From: an uncultured Bacillales bacterium
GTDB taxonomy: Bacteria; Bacillota_I; Bacilli_A; RFN20; CAG-826
DNA: 64,000 nt
NCBI GenBank assembly: GCA_902464635.1
Contig: CABQKC010000006.1
Location: forward strand, 16,240 to 80,239
Reading direction: 5' to 3'
Shown here piece by piece: positions 28,360-38,588 of the stretch (position 1 is the stretch's first letter; every line of letters begins with the position of its first letter). The position numbers and the translations under genes were made by a program. Under the pieces are notes generated by a model that did not search any database, was not told the DNA's origin, and saw nothing but the letters and a program-made list of their open reading frames with translations.

Positions 28360-30866
28360 AAAAGACTACAAAGAAACTAAATGAATTGATTGCTTCCGCT
28401 ATTCCTTATGAAGTGGATCCTAGTGTTGGGTTAAATAAAACCCAGGTTGATGAAAGAAAAAAATCAGGTTTAGTCAATAAAGTAAGCAAACAAGTTACAA
28501 AGACTTATTCTCAGATTCTTTTTGATAATTTATTCAATTTCTTAAACATCATTTTGTTTGTTGTTTTTATTTTGATGCTGCTAGCCAAATTGTCCTTTTC
28601 CCATTATTTCTTCATCATAATATTGGGTGCGAATATATTTATCGGAATTGCCCAGGATATAAATGCTAGAAGAATGGTTGATAAATTACGTATTGTAACT
28701 GATCCAAAAGCCAAAATAATTAGGGGAGGAGTTGAAATGGAGGCTTCCGCAAGCGGAGTTGTTCTTTCTGACATTATTAAACTTTCTAGTGGAGACAAGA
28801 TACCTGCCGATAGTGTTGTTAGAGAAGGCGAGATTGCAGTCGATGAATCTTTGTTGACTGGGGAATCCATACCTGTAAAAAAGAAAAAGGGCGACCCCAT
28901 ATATGCAGGAACATTCCTTACAAAGGGCAGCTGCCTTGCTGAAGTTGTTAAAGTTGGCTCTGCTAATTATGATGAAACATTAAGAACAAACGCATCAAAA
29001 TTCGACCGTCCAAATTCTGAAATAAAAAGATCAATCAATTCGATTGTCTTGACCTGCGGGATCTTATCAATTTGCTTTGGGGCAACCCAGTTTATTACTT
29101 TTACCATACAAAAGATTAGTGAGGGGTTCTCATTTAACCAAATATATGGAAGCATGAATCCTGATTTGGCTAGGCTTATAGCTTCAGTTTCAGGTTCAAT
29201 TGTCGCGATGCTTCCGACTGGTATGTTCCTTCTTACTTCATTAACTTTGGCAGTTGGAGTTATTACCCTAGGAAAGAAAAGAGTTTTGGTGCAGCAACTT
29301 TATTGTATTGAAATGCTAGCTAGGGTTGATATGCTTTGTTTAGATAAAACAGGGACATTGACCGACGGGACAATGAAATTAATCGAAGTCATTCCTGTTG
29401 GCAAAAACACACAGACTAGCGAGATTGGGTATTTAGTTTCATCTATTCTTCATTTTACGCGTGATTCAAATCCAACCGCACAAGCCTTGATTGAAGAATT
29501 CGGTTCTTCTTGCCATGAACAAATGCTTGAGTGCATTCCCTTTGATTCCGAACTTAAATATTCGGCAGTTTCTTTAATCGATGAAGGCAGTTATGTATTT
29601 GGAGCATATGGGTTTGTTCCCACGAAAGAAGATCCTGAAATAAAAGCCTTGATAGCTTCCAAGGCTAGCGAAGGTAATAGATGTCTAGTAGTTGCTAGAA
29701 ATAAGAAAGCAATAAAAAATGGCAAGGTTCCTGATGGATGTGAAATCATTGGAGTCCTTGTTCTTTCTGACCACATAAAAGATGATGCTGAAGCAAATAT
29801 AAAGTGGTTTATCGATTCCGGTGTCGAGATTAGAGTTATTTCAGGAGATGATCCTGTTACGGTTTCTGAAATTGCTAAAAAGGTCGGAGTACCAAATGCG
29901 AACAAGTGCATTTCATTAGAAGGCAAGTCACTAGACGAAACCGCTGCCCTTGCTCCAATTTATAGTGTATTCGGCAGGGTAAGTCCTGAACAAAAGGCTG
30001 TTTTAATAAATGCCTATAAGCAAATGGGCAACAAAGTTGCAATGACTGGTGATGGAGTTAATGATATCTTGGCTTTAAAGGTTGCGGATTGCTCTATTGC
30101 GATGGCAAGTGGCTCTGAAGCTGCAAGAAGCGTTTCCCATTTAGTCGCGCTTGATTCGGACTTCTCTAGACTTCCGGATGTAGTATTCCAGGGGAGGCGT
30201 GTAATCAATAACTTACAAAGAACATGTTCTGTATTTGTTACAAAAACCATGTTCGCTATAGTCCTTTCCTTTATCTTCATCATTTCCATGTTTGTTAACG
30301 GAATGGGCTATCCATTTAATACAGCGAATATGTTTATTTGGGAATTTATTAGCATAGGTATTGCTTCCTTTTTCCTTGCTTTGCAACCTTCAAATGAAAA
30401 ACTACAAGGTTCATTCCTTAAAAACATATTAGTAAGAGCGTTCCCTGCAGGGTTAACAGAAATAATAGCTGCTACGATTCCGTTTGTTATATATTTGATT
30501 TGGCCAAACGCATTCACTACTTCTACTAACACTGATTTCTATTGGATGGCAACTTGCACATGTGCAGTAGTTTCCTTTACCTTAATTTCTTTTGTATCGT
30601 TATTTAGAATCTGTGTTCCGCTTAATAGATATAGGACTATTTTATTTGTTGCTCTTTCTATTTTGGGGATATTGATATTCGGCTGTGATATAGGACTATA
30701 TTTTACAAGAGGGAAAACATTTAGTCCTATATTGGCCCTCTCTTGGGGAAACTTATCTTGGGGTTTTTATCTAACAACGGCCTTAAATGTAATTATTTTT
30801 GGCTCTCTATATTTCTTATTGGATAAGAGGGTTGTAAAATGGATTGAAAGCATTGGAGAAGAATGA
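28356..30866 (+). CDS. Cation-transporting P-type ATPase (P2-like, specificity unknown)
   Basis: 836 aa. CLDKTGTLT phosphorylation motif, TGDGVNDILALKVAD hinge, cation-ATPase-type N-terminus. Atypical TM4 motif LPTGM instead of PEGL. ATGA overlap with both neighbours. Confidence 0.85.
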   Translation: MKKTTKKLNELIASAIPYEVDPSVGLNKTQVDERKKSGLVNKVSKQVTKTYSQILFDNLFNFLNIILFVVFILMLLAKLSFSHYFFIIILGANIFIGIAQDINARRMVDKLRIVTDPKAKIIRGGVEMEASASGVVLSDIIKLSSGDKIPADSVVREGEIAVDESLLTGESIPVKKKKGDPIYAGTFLTKGSCLAEVVKVGSANYDETLRTNASKFDRPNSEIKRSINSIVLTCGILSICFGATQFITFTIQKISEGFSFNQIYGSMNPDLARLIASVSGSIVAMLPTGMFLLTSLTLAVGVITLGKKRVLVQQLYCIEMLARVDMLCLDKTGTLTDGTMKLIEVIPVGKNTQTSEIGYLVSSILHFTRDSNPTAQALIEEFGSSCHEQMLECIPFDSELKYSAVSLIDEGSYVFGAYGFVPTKEDPEIKALIASKASEGNRCLVVARNKKAIKNGKVPDGCEIIGVLVLSDHIKDDAEANIKWFIDSGVEIRVISGDDPVTVSEIAKKVGVPNANKCISLEGKSLDETAALAPIYSVFGRVSPEQKAVLINAYKQMGNKVAMTGDGVNDILALKVADCSIAMASGSEAARSVSHLVALDSDFSRLPDVVFQGRRVINNLQRTCSVFVTKTMFAIVLSFIFIISMFVNGMGYPFNTANMFIWEFISIGIASFFLALQPSNEKLQGSFLKNILVRAFPAGLTEIIAATIPFVIYLIWPNAFTTSTNTDFYWMATCTCAVVSFTLISFVSLFRICVPLNRYRTILFVALSILGILIFGCDIGLYFTRGKTFSPILALSWGNLSWGFYLTTALNVIIFGSLYFLLDKRVVKWIESIGEE

Positions 30867-31771
30867 TGAAAATAAGTCTAAGAGTAGCAAAAGCACTTGC
30901 AAACAAAGAACCAGTAGTCGCACTTGAGTCTACGATTATATCACACGGGATGCCTTATCCTAAAAATGTTGAGACAGCCTTGTTAGTAGAAAAAACAATA
31001 GAAGATAATGGAGCTATTCCTGCAACAATCGGAATTATTGATGGCGAGATTGTAGTCGGCATGAGCCATGACGAAATTGAGAAATTTGGCAAGAAAAAAG
31101 GAATTGCTAAAGTTTCAAAAAGAGACTTGCCAATTGTAGTAGCCAAAAAGATGTGGGGTGCCACCACTGTATCCGCCACTATGCTAATTGCACACATGGC
31201 TGGTATTGAAATATTTGTTACCGGCGGTATCGGAGGGGTTCATCGCGGGGCTGAATCCACTTTTGATATTTCTCGTGACTTAAAAGAATTAGGAGAAGTC
31301 GATGTTGCAGTTATTTGCTCTGGGGCTAAAGCAATATTAGATATCCCAAAGACTTTAGAATATCTAGAAACTGAAGGAGTTACCATTCTTTCTAACAAGG
31401 AAAAGAGTTTTGCTAACTTCTATTCATCTTCTAGTTCCTATCCAGTTGATTATGCGTTTACCTCTGCTAAAGAAGCTGCCTCGATTATCAAGGCTAAACG
31501 CGACTTAGAATTAGAGGGTGGCATTTTGATTTCTAACCCAGTTCCAGAAGAATATTCTTTACCTCATGATTATATTGATTCGATTGTCGATCAAGCTGTC
31601 AAAGAAAGTAAAGAGCAAGGAATCAAAGGCAAGGATGTCACTCCTTTCCTTTTGAAACGTATTGTTGAATTAACTGGTGGCAAATCGCTTGAATCCAACA
31701 TAGCCCTTATATTGAATAACGCTAAATTAGGTGCAAATATAGCCAAGGAATATTCCTCTTTAATTAAATGA
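30863..31771 (+). CDS. psuG: Pseudouridine-5'-phosphate glycosidase
   Basis: 302 aa. PVVALESTIISHGMPYPKNVETA and GGIGGVHRGAE motifs typical of PsuG/IndA. Confidence 0.88.
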   Translation: MMKISLRVAKALANKEPVVALESTIISHGMPYPKNVETALLVEKTIEDNGAIPATIGIIDGEIVVGMSHDEIEKFGKKKGIAKVSKRDLPIVVAKKMWGATTVSATMLIAHMAGIEIFVTGGIGGVHRGAESTFDISRDLKELGEVDVAVICSGAKAILDIPKTLEYLETEGVTILSNKEKSFANFYSSSSSYPVDYAFTSAKEAASIIKAKRDLELEGGILISNPVPEEYSLPHDYIDSIVDQAVKESKEQGIKGKDVTPFLLKRIVELTGGKSLESNIALILNNAKLGANIAKEYSSLIK

Positions 31772-32328
31772 TTACTGAATCAAAACTCAAATATGCCTTG
31801 AAGCAGATGATGGAAGATATCCCTTTGGAGGATATCAATGTCACCGCACTTTGCCAAAAGTGTGGATGTCATAGACAGACTTTTTACTATCATTATCAAG
31901 ATATATATGATTTGATTGCAGCTATTTTCCTTAATGAAGATTTAGAAAAAGTAAATCAGTGCAAGGATGTTAAATCTACCCTTAAGGCATTTCTTCAATA
32001 CGTAAAAGACAATTTTACTTTCTTACGTTCCACCTATAATTCGGCCGCTAGAGATCTAACCGATGATTTTATATTTGGAAAACTAAATGCCAAATTATTG
32101 TCCTTATGGACTAAAGAAAACGAAGGCAAGGAACTTAAGAAAGATGGATATAGGAATGCTGCCAGGCGTTTTGCCCATATAGTTTCTGACGAATTTGGGT
32201 ATTGTTTCAAAGATCCTAAACTAACTCCTGAAAAATTCTCCAAGAAGATGAATAAATTTATTGATAATTCAATGAGCATCATCCTTCCTGCGATTATGAA
32301 TCTGTCTAAAAAAGAAGAATCTAAATAA
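31768..32328 (+). CDS. TetR/AcrR-family transcriptional regulator
   Basis: 186 aa. N-terminal HTH INVTALCQKCGCHRQTFYYHY. ATGA-coupled to psuG. Confidence 0.75.
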   Translation: MITESKLKYALKQMMEDIPLEDINVTALCQKCGCHRQTFYYHYQDIYDLIAAIFLNEDLEKVNQCKDVKSTLKAFLQYVKDNFTFLRSTYNSAARDLTDDFIFGKLNAKLLSLWTKENEGKELKKDGYRNAARRFAHIVSDEFGYCFKDPKLTPEKFSKKMNKFIDNSMSIILPAIMNLSKKEESK

Positions 32329-32410
32329 CTTTTATAATCCAATTATCAATATAGGTATTTTTTTCTTTTGTATTTTTCTTTAACATTAAGTTAACTTACG
32401 GAGGTTAGTT

Positions 32411-34369
32411 ATGAAGAAGAATATATTTTTGCTAATTGGTTTATTGCCTTTGGCTTTAGGGTGCGGACGTTCATCTAGCGAAGAAAGCAAAACGATAGAT
32501 ACAGGTAGCGAAGAAGTTTCATCTACCCCTTCTAGCGAAATAATTTCTTCTACCCCTTCAATTCATGAACATACATTTGAAGATAAATGGACATATGATG
32601 AAGAATATCATTACCATAAGTCTAATTGCGGCCATGATGTAGTTAGTGATAAAGAACCCCATTCTTTTGTTTCCACAGTTACTAATCCAACGTTTGAAGA
32701 AGAAGGATATACGACCCATGTATGCAAATGTGGCTATTCTTATGTTGATAGCAAGACTAATAAACTAGAACATAATTATTCTTCGGCCTGGTCAAGTGAT
32801 GGGCGTACCCACTGGCATGCCTGTATCGATACGGGATATGAGCATTTAAAGAAAGACGAAGCAAAACATATCTTTAATATCAACGAAGATAATCCTTTGG
32901 AGATGGAATGTGTTATATGTAAGAAAAAAGGCGGGATACAAGAAATAAATGCGTTGAGATATAGCCTATTTGATTTCGAAAGCGAAATAGATGGAGTTAA
33001 ATACACGCAAGCCTATACTGTTTTAAATTCTATAAATATCAACTGTAAAGAAATAATAATTCCTTCTTTCTATAATTCTCTACCTGTAGTTTCTATTGAA
33101 AACGAAGCTTTTTCAAATCGCAGCTCCCTTGTTTCTCTATTCATTTCAAATAACATTAGTTCAATCGGAATTAAATTGATTTGCTTTTCTAAAGTTGTTT
33201 CTTCTATTGAAGTAGATTCTAGAAATAAGACTTTTGATTCAAGGAATAATTCTAATTCAGTTATAAAGACAATAGATAATTCACTAGTTTTAGGATGCAA
33301 GGATAGCGTTATTCCGAGTAGCATTACTTCAATTGGAGATTATGCTTTCTATGGTTGCACTGGGCTAGAAGAAATTTCTCTTCAAGATAACATAACTTCC
33401 ATAGGTATTGGATCGTTCCAATATTGTGAATCATTATCTTCCGTTTTGCTTGGTAAAAATCTTACTTCGATTGGAATGGTTGCTTTTTGTGAATGCGGTG
33501 TCTTAAGCCAAATAACATTGCCAGATAGTTTAGTTAATTTAGGGGCTGGGGCTTTTAGCTTCTGCGCCTCGTTATCAACTATTGTTATTCCTGATAAAGT
33601 GACTTCTATCGGGACTGAAACATTTAGGGGTTGTTCTTCTTTGTCTGTAGTTAAGATTGGTAAAAGTGCCACTTCTATCGGTGAAAGAGCATTTGCAAAT
33701 TGCAAATTGATTACATCTATCAGCCTTCCTGAAGGACTTACTAATATTTGGAATTATGCATTTAGCGGATGTAAGGCTCTTAAATCCGTTAATTTGCCTA
33801 GTACTCTTGTTAGTATTGGGGATTATGCTTTTCAATATTGCAAAGTATTAAAAGAAATTGATTTACCTTCAGGATTATTATCAATTGGAAAGTTCGCCTT
33901 TAGTCAATGTGACGCATTTAATTCACCCATTCCAACTAACGTTACTTTAATTGATGAACATGCTTTTTCTAGTTGCTTATCTTTAACATCGGTTGTTATA
34001 CCTAGTGGAATCAAAAAAATCGGAGATTCAGCCTTTTCTAGTTGCACCGGTTTAACTACTGTTACTATCCAAGAAGGAGTGACTTCTATTGGGTTTAGTT
34101 GCTTCTCGCAGTGCACTGCTCTTACCACAATAGTTATCCCATCTACTGTTGCTTCTACTTCTATTGGCATGTGGGCATTTAATAACTGCAAGGCAATAAA
34201 ATATTGCTATGTTAATTGGACTGATACAAGCAAAACCATTGAGGACATACCATCATCTAGCATGTATTACTATTCAGAAACTGAACCAAGCGAAGAAGAT
34301 TTAAAATCCCATAACTATTGGCATTATGTTGATGAAACTCCTACCATTTGGAAATTAACCATAAAGTAA
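32411..34369 (+). CDS. Surface lipoprotein with BspA-type leucine-rich repeats and an N-terminal His/Cys-rich module
   Basis: 652 aa. Lipobox LALGCG. At least 12 repeats of about 23 aa following the pattern ITSIGxxAFxxCxxLxxIxLP. N-terminal duplicated H/C-rich segments (EYHYHKSNCGH... and RTHWHACIDTGYEH). Confidence 0.85.
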   Translation: MKKNIFLLIGLLPLALGCGRSSSEESKTIDTGSEEVSSTPSSEIISSTPSIHEHTFEDKWTYDEEYHYHKSNCGHDVVSDKEPHSFVSTVTNPTFEEEGYTTHVCKCGYSYVDSKTNKLEHNYSSAWSSDGRTHWHACIDTGYEHLKKDEAKHIFNINEDNPLEMECVICKKKGGIQEINALRYSLFDFESEIDGVKYTQAYTVLNSININCKEIIIPSFYNSLPVVSIENEAFSNRSSLVSLFISNNISSIGIKLICFSKVVSSIEVDSRNKTFDSRNNSNSVIKTIDNSLVLGCKDSVIPSSITSIGDYAFYGCTGLEEISLQDNITSIGIGSFQYCESLSSVLLGKNLTSIGMVAFCECGVLSQITLPDSLVNLGAGAFSFCASLSTIVIPDKVTSIGTETFRGCSSLSVVKIGKSATSIGERAFANCKLITSISLPEGLTNIWNYAFSGCKALKSVNLPSTLVSIGDYAFQYCKVLKEIDLPSGLLSIGKFAFSQCDAFNSPIPTNVTLIDEHAFSSCLSLTSVVIPSGIKKIGDSAFSSCTGLTTVTIQEGVTSIGFSCFSQCTALTTIVIPSTVASTSIGMWAFNNCKAIKYCYVNWTDTSKTIEDIPSSSMYYYSETEPSEEDLKSHNYWHYVDETPTIWKLTIK

Positions 34370-34455
34370 GCATTAAAAATAAAGATAGAAACCGCTACAT
34401 AGATAATAACAATTGTATATAACATAGTTAGGCGTCAAAATTCGGAGGTTGTTAT

Positions 34456-35727
34456 ATGGAACAAAAAGAAAGAGTGTTGACTGTAGCAATTATTGGAGCG
34501 GGTTCCCGTGGGGCTGATTCTTATGGAAAAGCAATGAAAGAAGACCCTAGATATAAAATTGTTTCTGCTTGTGACAAAAGGCAAGTAAAACTAGATGCGG
34601 TCAAAGAACGTTTTGGAGTAAGTGATGATAATCTTTTCCTAGATGAAAAGGATTTCTTTGCTAAAAAAAGAGCGGATATCTGTATAGTGGCTACCCAAGA
34701 TAAAGATCATGTCCGCCACTGCATCTCCGCTTTAAAGCTTGGATATGATGTTCTTCTAGAAAAACCTATCACAGATTCAAAAGAAGAATGCCAAAAACTT
34801 CTTGCTGCTCAAAAGCAATATGGTGGCAAAGTTGTAGTTTGCCATGTCCTTAGATATGCACAGGCTTTCTTAGCTGCTTCAAAAATAATCGATGAAGGCA
34901 AGATAGGCAAATTAATAGATATCCAGGCGATTGAGCAAGTTGCTTTCTGGCATCAAGCCCATAGCTATGTACGTGGAAATTGGAGAAGAAGCGAAGACAC
35001 CTCTCCAATGATTATGGCCAAATGCTGTCATGACATGGATTTGCTTCAATTCTATGCCAAATCTAAATTCAAGACCGTTTCGTCCATTGGAAGTCTTAGT
35101 TTCTTTAAGAAGGAAAACCAACCGAAAGGCGCAGCTGACCATTGCAAAGATTGCCATTATTTACATAGTTGCCCATATAGTGCTGAAAAGATTTATGTTG
35201 ATTGGTGGGTTAGAGATGGACGTCCAAAGACTATGTGGCCAATGAATGTAGTTTGCACTGATGAAACTCTTACTGAAGAAGGAATAAGGAAAGCATATGA
35301 AAATGGGCCTTATGGACGTTGCGTATTTGCTTGTGATAATGATGTAGTTGACCATCAAGAAACTAATATCCTTTTTGAAAATGGAGTTACAGCTAATTTA
35401 TGCATGACTGCTTTTACTGGTGATGCAGGACGTATCTATAGATTCCATGGCAGCATGGGCGAATTGGATTTAAACGAAGAGAAACAATGCTTGGTTTTGA
35501 AAGTATATGATAAACCAACTGAAACAATTCCATTTAATGCACTTCCTGATGTTTCTGGAGGGCATGGTGGAGGAGATACTGGGCTAGTAAATGCCTTATA
35601 TGATGTCGTTACTGGCAAAAAGGAAGCTAGCACTGCATTAGAAAGCTCATTAGAATCCCACTTGATGGCTATTGCTGCTGAAGAAAGTAGACTTCAAGAT
35701 GGAAAGATGATTAAAAGAGGAGAATAA
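34456..35727 (+). CDS. Gfo/Idh/MocA-family NAD(P)-dependent oxidoreductase
   Basis: 423 aa. Rossmann motif VAIIGAGSRG, EKP motif LLEKPI. GGAGG SD. Confidence 0.85.
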   Translation: MEQKERVLTVAIIGAGSRGADSYGKAMKEDPRYKIVSACDKRQVKLDAVKERFGVSDDNLFLDEKDFFAKKRADICIVATQDKDHVRHCISALKLGYDVLLEKPITDSKEECQKLLAAQKQYGGKVVVCHVLRYAQAFLAASKIIDEGKIGKLIDIQAIEQVAFWHQAHSYVRGNWRRSEDTSPMIMAKCCHDMDLLQFYAKSKFKTVSSIGSLSFFKKENQPKGAADHCKDCHYLHSCPYSAEKIYVDWWVRDGRPKTMWPMNVVCTDETLTEEGIRKAYENGPYGRCVFACDNDVVDHQETNILFENGVTANLCMTAFTGDAGRIYRFHGSMGELDLNEEKQCLVLKVYDKPTETIPFNALPDVSGGHGGGDTGLVNALYDVVTGKKEASTALESSLESHLMAIAAEESRLQDGKMIKRGE

Positions 35728-35959
35728 GCTAGAAAAGAGTCATGTTTAAACAGCAGGCTCTTTTTTATTTGCCTAGAAGATCCGTTAGAAGTTAATCTTC
35801 TAATGACTTTTTAAATTAAATGAATATAATAATCTTCGTCGATAAAGTTCGATGCATTTACCTAGATTTAACAGAACACGTGTGATTGGCTGTTAACAAT
35901 CACTAGGCAAAATTAATGATAACAAGCACTATTTGCCTACTTCTTAGGGAGGCTTTTTA

Positions 35960-37141
35960 ATGAAAAAGAACGATTTCGCCGCCTTTGTGGCTTATGTCCT
36001 AATGTTTGGAATTGCTATTTTGGTTGGTTTAGTTTGGATTAGACCTATTGTTTCTAATGTTGGCAACTCATTGCCAATCAATTCCATATTGTTAGTATTT
36101 ATTGGAATTGTCGCAGGTATCTTATTAAATTCCGTTTTAATGGAATTAGGCCATCTATTAGGAGCTAGAATAGGCAAGTATAGGGTCCTTTATTGGTCAA
36201 TCTTAGGTTTAGGAGTCAAAACTAATAAAGAAGGCAAAAAGAAATTTGGATATGTTAAGTTCGATGGATTAACTGGAGAAACAAAAGTTGCCCCTAATGA
36301 TAAAGAAAAATCTAGATTAGGTGCCTATATTTCTTTTCCAATTTTATTCTATCTAATTGAACTTATTGTTTTGGTTGTTTTATTTTCCGTCGGAGCTAAT
36401 TTAGCTAGAAAAACACCTAGCTTTGGCTGGATTCAAATCGTATCATTAGTAATTTTGACTGTTGGGGGAATGATAATAATTTATGATTACATTCCATTTA
36501 GATTAGATTCTATAACCGACGGATATTTAATGATGCTTCTATCTAAGCCAATTAATAAAGTTGCTTATAACAACATGCTTCTAGCGGAAGAAGCTAGTTT
36601 ATTAGGAAAAGAACTTCCTGATATTCCAGTTTATGATGAAGTAACTGATTTTACCTATGTCTTAAATAACGTAACCGTATATTCCTTATTATCAAAAGGA
36701 TCGATAAAAGACGCTATAAAGATATTGGATAAGGCTATAACTTCAGAAAAGGGTCTATCCAAATCATTAGTCAGGGAAGCAAAGACTTTCAAATTGTCAT
36801 TGCTATTTACTTATAACTTCCCTCAAGGAAAGGAACTTTATGATTCCTTTGAAGATGAAGATAGAAAATATATCTCATCCATTTCCACTCCTTCTGCCTT
36901 AAGATGTTATTTATTGGTATCTGGATTAATCGAAGATAGCGAAACCGAAGCTAATTTTGCTATCGATAAAACCGATAAAGTCTATAAGAGTGTTGCTAGC
37001 AATGTTGCTTCTATTGAAAAGAAATTATTAGAAGAAGATGTTGCCTTAGTCAAACAAAAGCACCCATCCTGGTCTTTATATGATTTACCTTGGAATATAA
37101 AAAAGGAAAAAGAAGAAGATTCCAATAAGGAAAATAAATAA
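35960..37141 (+). CDS. Integral membrane protein, function unknown (possible degenerate DUF3267/zincin-like motif MELGH)
   Basis: 393 aa. 4-5 predicted TM helices followed by a soluble C-terminal region. GGGAGG SD. Domain assignment is tentative. Confidence 0.7.
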   Translation: MKKNDFAAFVAYVLMFGIAILVGLVWIRPIVSNVGNSLPINSILLVFIGIVAGILLNSVLMELGHLLGARIGKYRVLYWSILGLGVKTNKEGKKKFGYVKFDGLTGETKVAPNDKEKSRLGAYISFPILFYLIELIVLVVLFSVGANLARKTPSFGWIQIVSLVILTVGGMIIIYDYIPFRLDSITDGYLMMLLSKPINKVAYNNMLLAEEASLLGKELPDIPVYDEVTDFTYVLNNVTVYSLLSKGSIKDAIKILDKAITSEKGLSKSLVREAKTFKLSLLFTYNFPQGKELYDSFEDEDRKYISSISTPSALRCYLLVSGLIEDSETEANFAIDKTDKVYKSVASNVASIEKKLLEEDVALVKQKHPSWSLYDLPWNIKKEKEEDSNKENK

Positions 37142-37235
37142 AAAAGACAAACTAAAGCGGTATTTTTCCACTTCGATTCGACTTTTTACTTTCCTTTATC
37201 TTCTTTAATATTTACCTAAGGCGGTTTATATATTT

Positions 37236-38588
37236 ATGAATAAGAAGATAGAACCTACACTTCCATTAGAAGAAAAAGATATTAAAAAAGAAGAAGCTCT
37301 TCCTGATCCCGATTCAAAAGAGGATTATGTTGAACTAAAGCATGTAAACAAAGTCTATAACAAGAAAGTACATGCGGTTATTGATTTCAATCTAAAGATA
37401 AGAAAGAAGGAATTCGTTGTTTTTGTTGGTCCTTCTGGATGTGGCAAATCCACTACTTTAAGAATGATTGCAGGACTAGAAGATATTTCTAGTGGCGAGC
37501 TTTATATAAATGGTGAGTATTGTAACGATCTTTCTTCTAAAGATAGAGATATAGCCATGGTATTCCAAAGCTATTCGCTTTATCCAAATATGACCGTATT
37601 TGATAATCTTGCTTTCTCTTTGAAAGTAAGACATTTACCAAAAGAAGAAATAGAAACAAGGGTACATGAAGCTGCTAGAATTCTTGAAATAGAAGAATAT
37701 TTGCAAAGAAAGCCGAAGGAATTATCCGGTGGTCAAAGGCAACGTGTAGCTTTAGGCAGAGCAATTGTGAGGAATGCTAGATTATTCCTTATGGATGAAC
37801 CTCTTTCTAATCTAGATGCAAAATTAAGAGTAACTATGAGAAGCGAAATCATACGTCTACATAAAGCCATTGGGGCTACGACTGTTTATGTTACTCATGA
37901 CCAAATAGAAGCCATGACTATGGCAGACCGCATTGTTGTCATGAAGAAAGGCTATATTCAACAAATTGGAACTCCTGCTGAAATATATAGACATCCATCT
38001 AATCTTTTCGTTGCAACCTTTATTGGCTCTCCTGCGATGAATGTTTTAGAAGCTAAATACGATAATGGGGTCATTGTTTTTAATGATGGAAAGAAGATTA
38101 AGCTAACCAAAGAACAAATCAAGCTTCATGATGATTTCTATAAAGCTGAGTTGGTTAGACAAAATGAAGCACTTCCTTTGGCCAAGGAACTATTAACTAG
38201 ACAAAACGAACTAAAAGCAAGCCAAAAGAAATTATTTAAGAAGAAAGAAGAGCCAATCGATATTGAAAACCATGAATATATCTTGGCCTTAAAAGAACAT
38301 ATTTCTAGTCTAGAAGAAGTTAATAAAGGTAAGAGCCATCCAATATTATTTGGTATCCGTCCAGAAGATATAGTTCCTAATGAAGAAATGGATTCATTTG
38401 AATCTAAGATTAGTTTATGCGAACTTCTTGGCGATCAATCTTATGTCCATTTTGATTTCGGTGGCAAAGATATATTGTCTAAAGTATCTTCTGAATTAAA
38501 TATAAAAGAAGAAGCTATTATGAAATTCGGCTTTAAAGAAAATAAGGTCCACTTATTCGATAGTTGGACCGAAAAGACAATATTCTAA
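37236..38588 (+). CDS. msmK: MsmK/MalK/UgpC-type sugar ABC transporter ATPase (orphan, multitask-type)
   Basis: 450 aa. Walker [11 protein letters not shown]-loop, [14 protein letters not shown], Walker [14 protein letters not shown]-terminal TOBE-like regulatory domain with an insertion. No permease or binding-protein genes adjacent. Confidence 0.85.
   Translation: MNKKIEPTLPLEEKDIKKEEALPDPDSKEDYVELKHVNKVYNKKVHAVIDFNLKIRKKEFVVFVGPSGCGKSTTLRMIAGLEDISSGELYINGEYCNDLSSKDRDIAMVFQSYSLYPNMTVFDNLAFSLKVRHLPKEEIETRVHEAARILEIEEYLQRKPKELSGGQRQRVALGRAIVRNARLFLMDEPLSNLDAKLRVTMRSEIIRLHKAIGATTVYVTHDQIEAMTMADRIVVMKKGYIQQIGTPAEIYRHPSNLFVATFIGSPAMNVLEAKYDNGVIVFNDGKKIKLTKEQIKLHDDFYKAELVRQNEALPLAKELLTRQNELKASQKKLFKKKEEPIDIENHEYILALKEHISSLEEVNKGKSHPILFGIRPEDIVPNEEMDSFESKISLCELLGDQSYVHFDFGGKDILSKVSSELNIKEEAIMKFGFKENKVHLFDSWTEKTIF

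Noticed and set aside
28356-31771. Possibility that TGA is read as Trp (Mollicute code 4), which would fuse the ATGA-overlapping genes
   Set aside because: Trp is encoded throughout by TGG. TGA falls precisely at the ends of conserved domain architectures (for example after the P-type ATPase C-terminus and after the GH43 C-terminus). Reading through would give nonsensical fusions.
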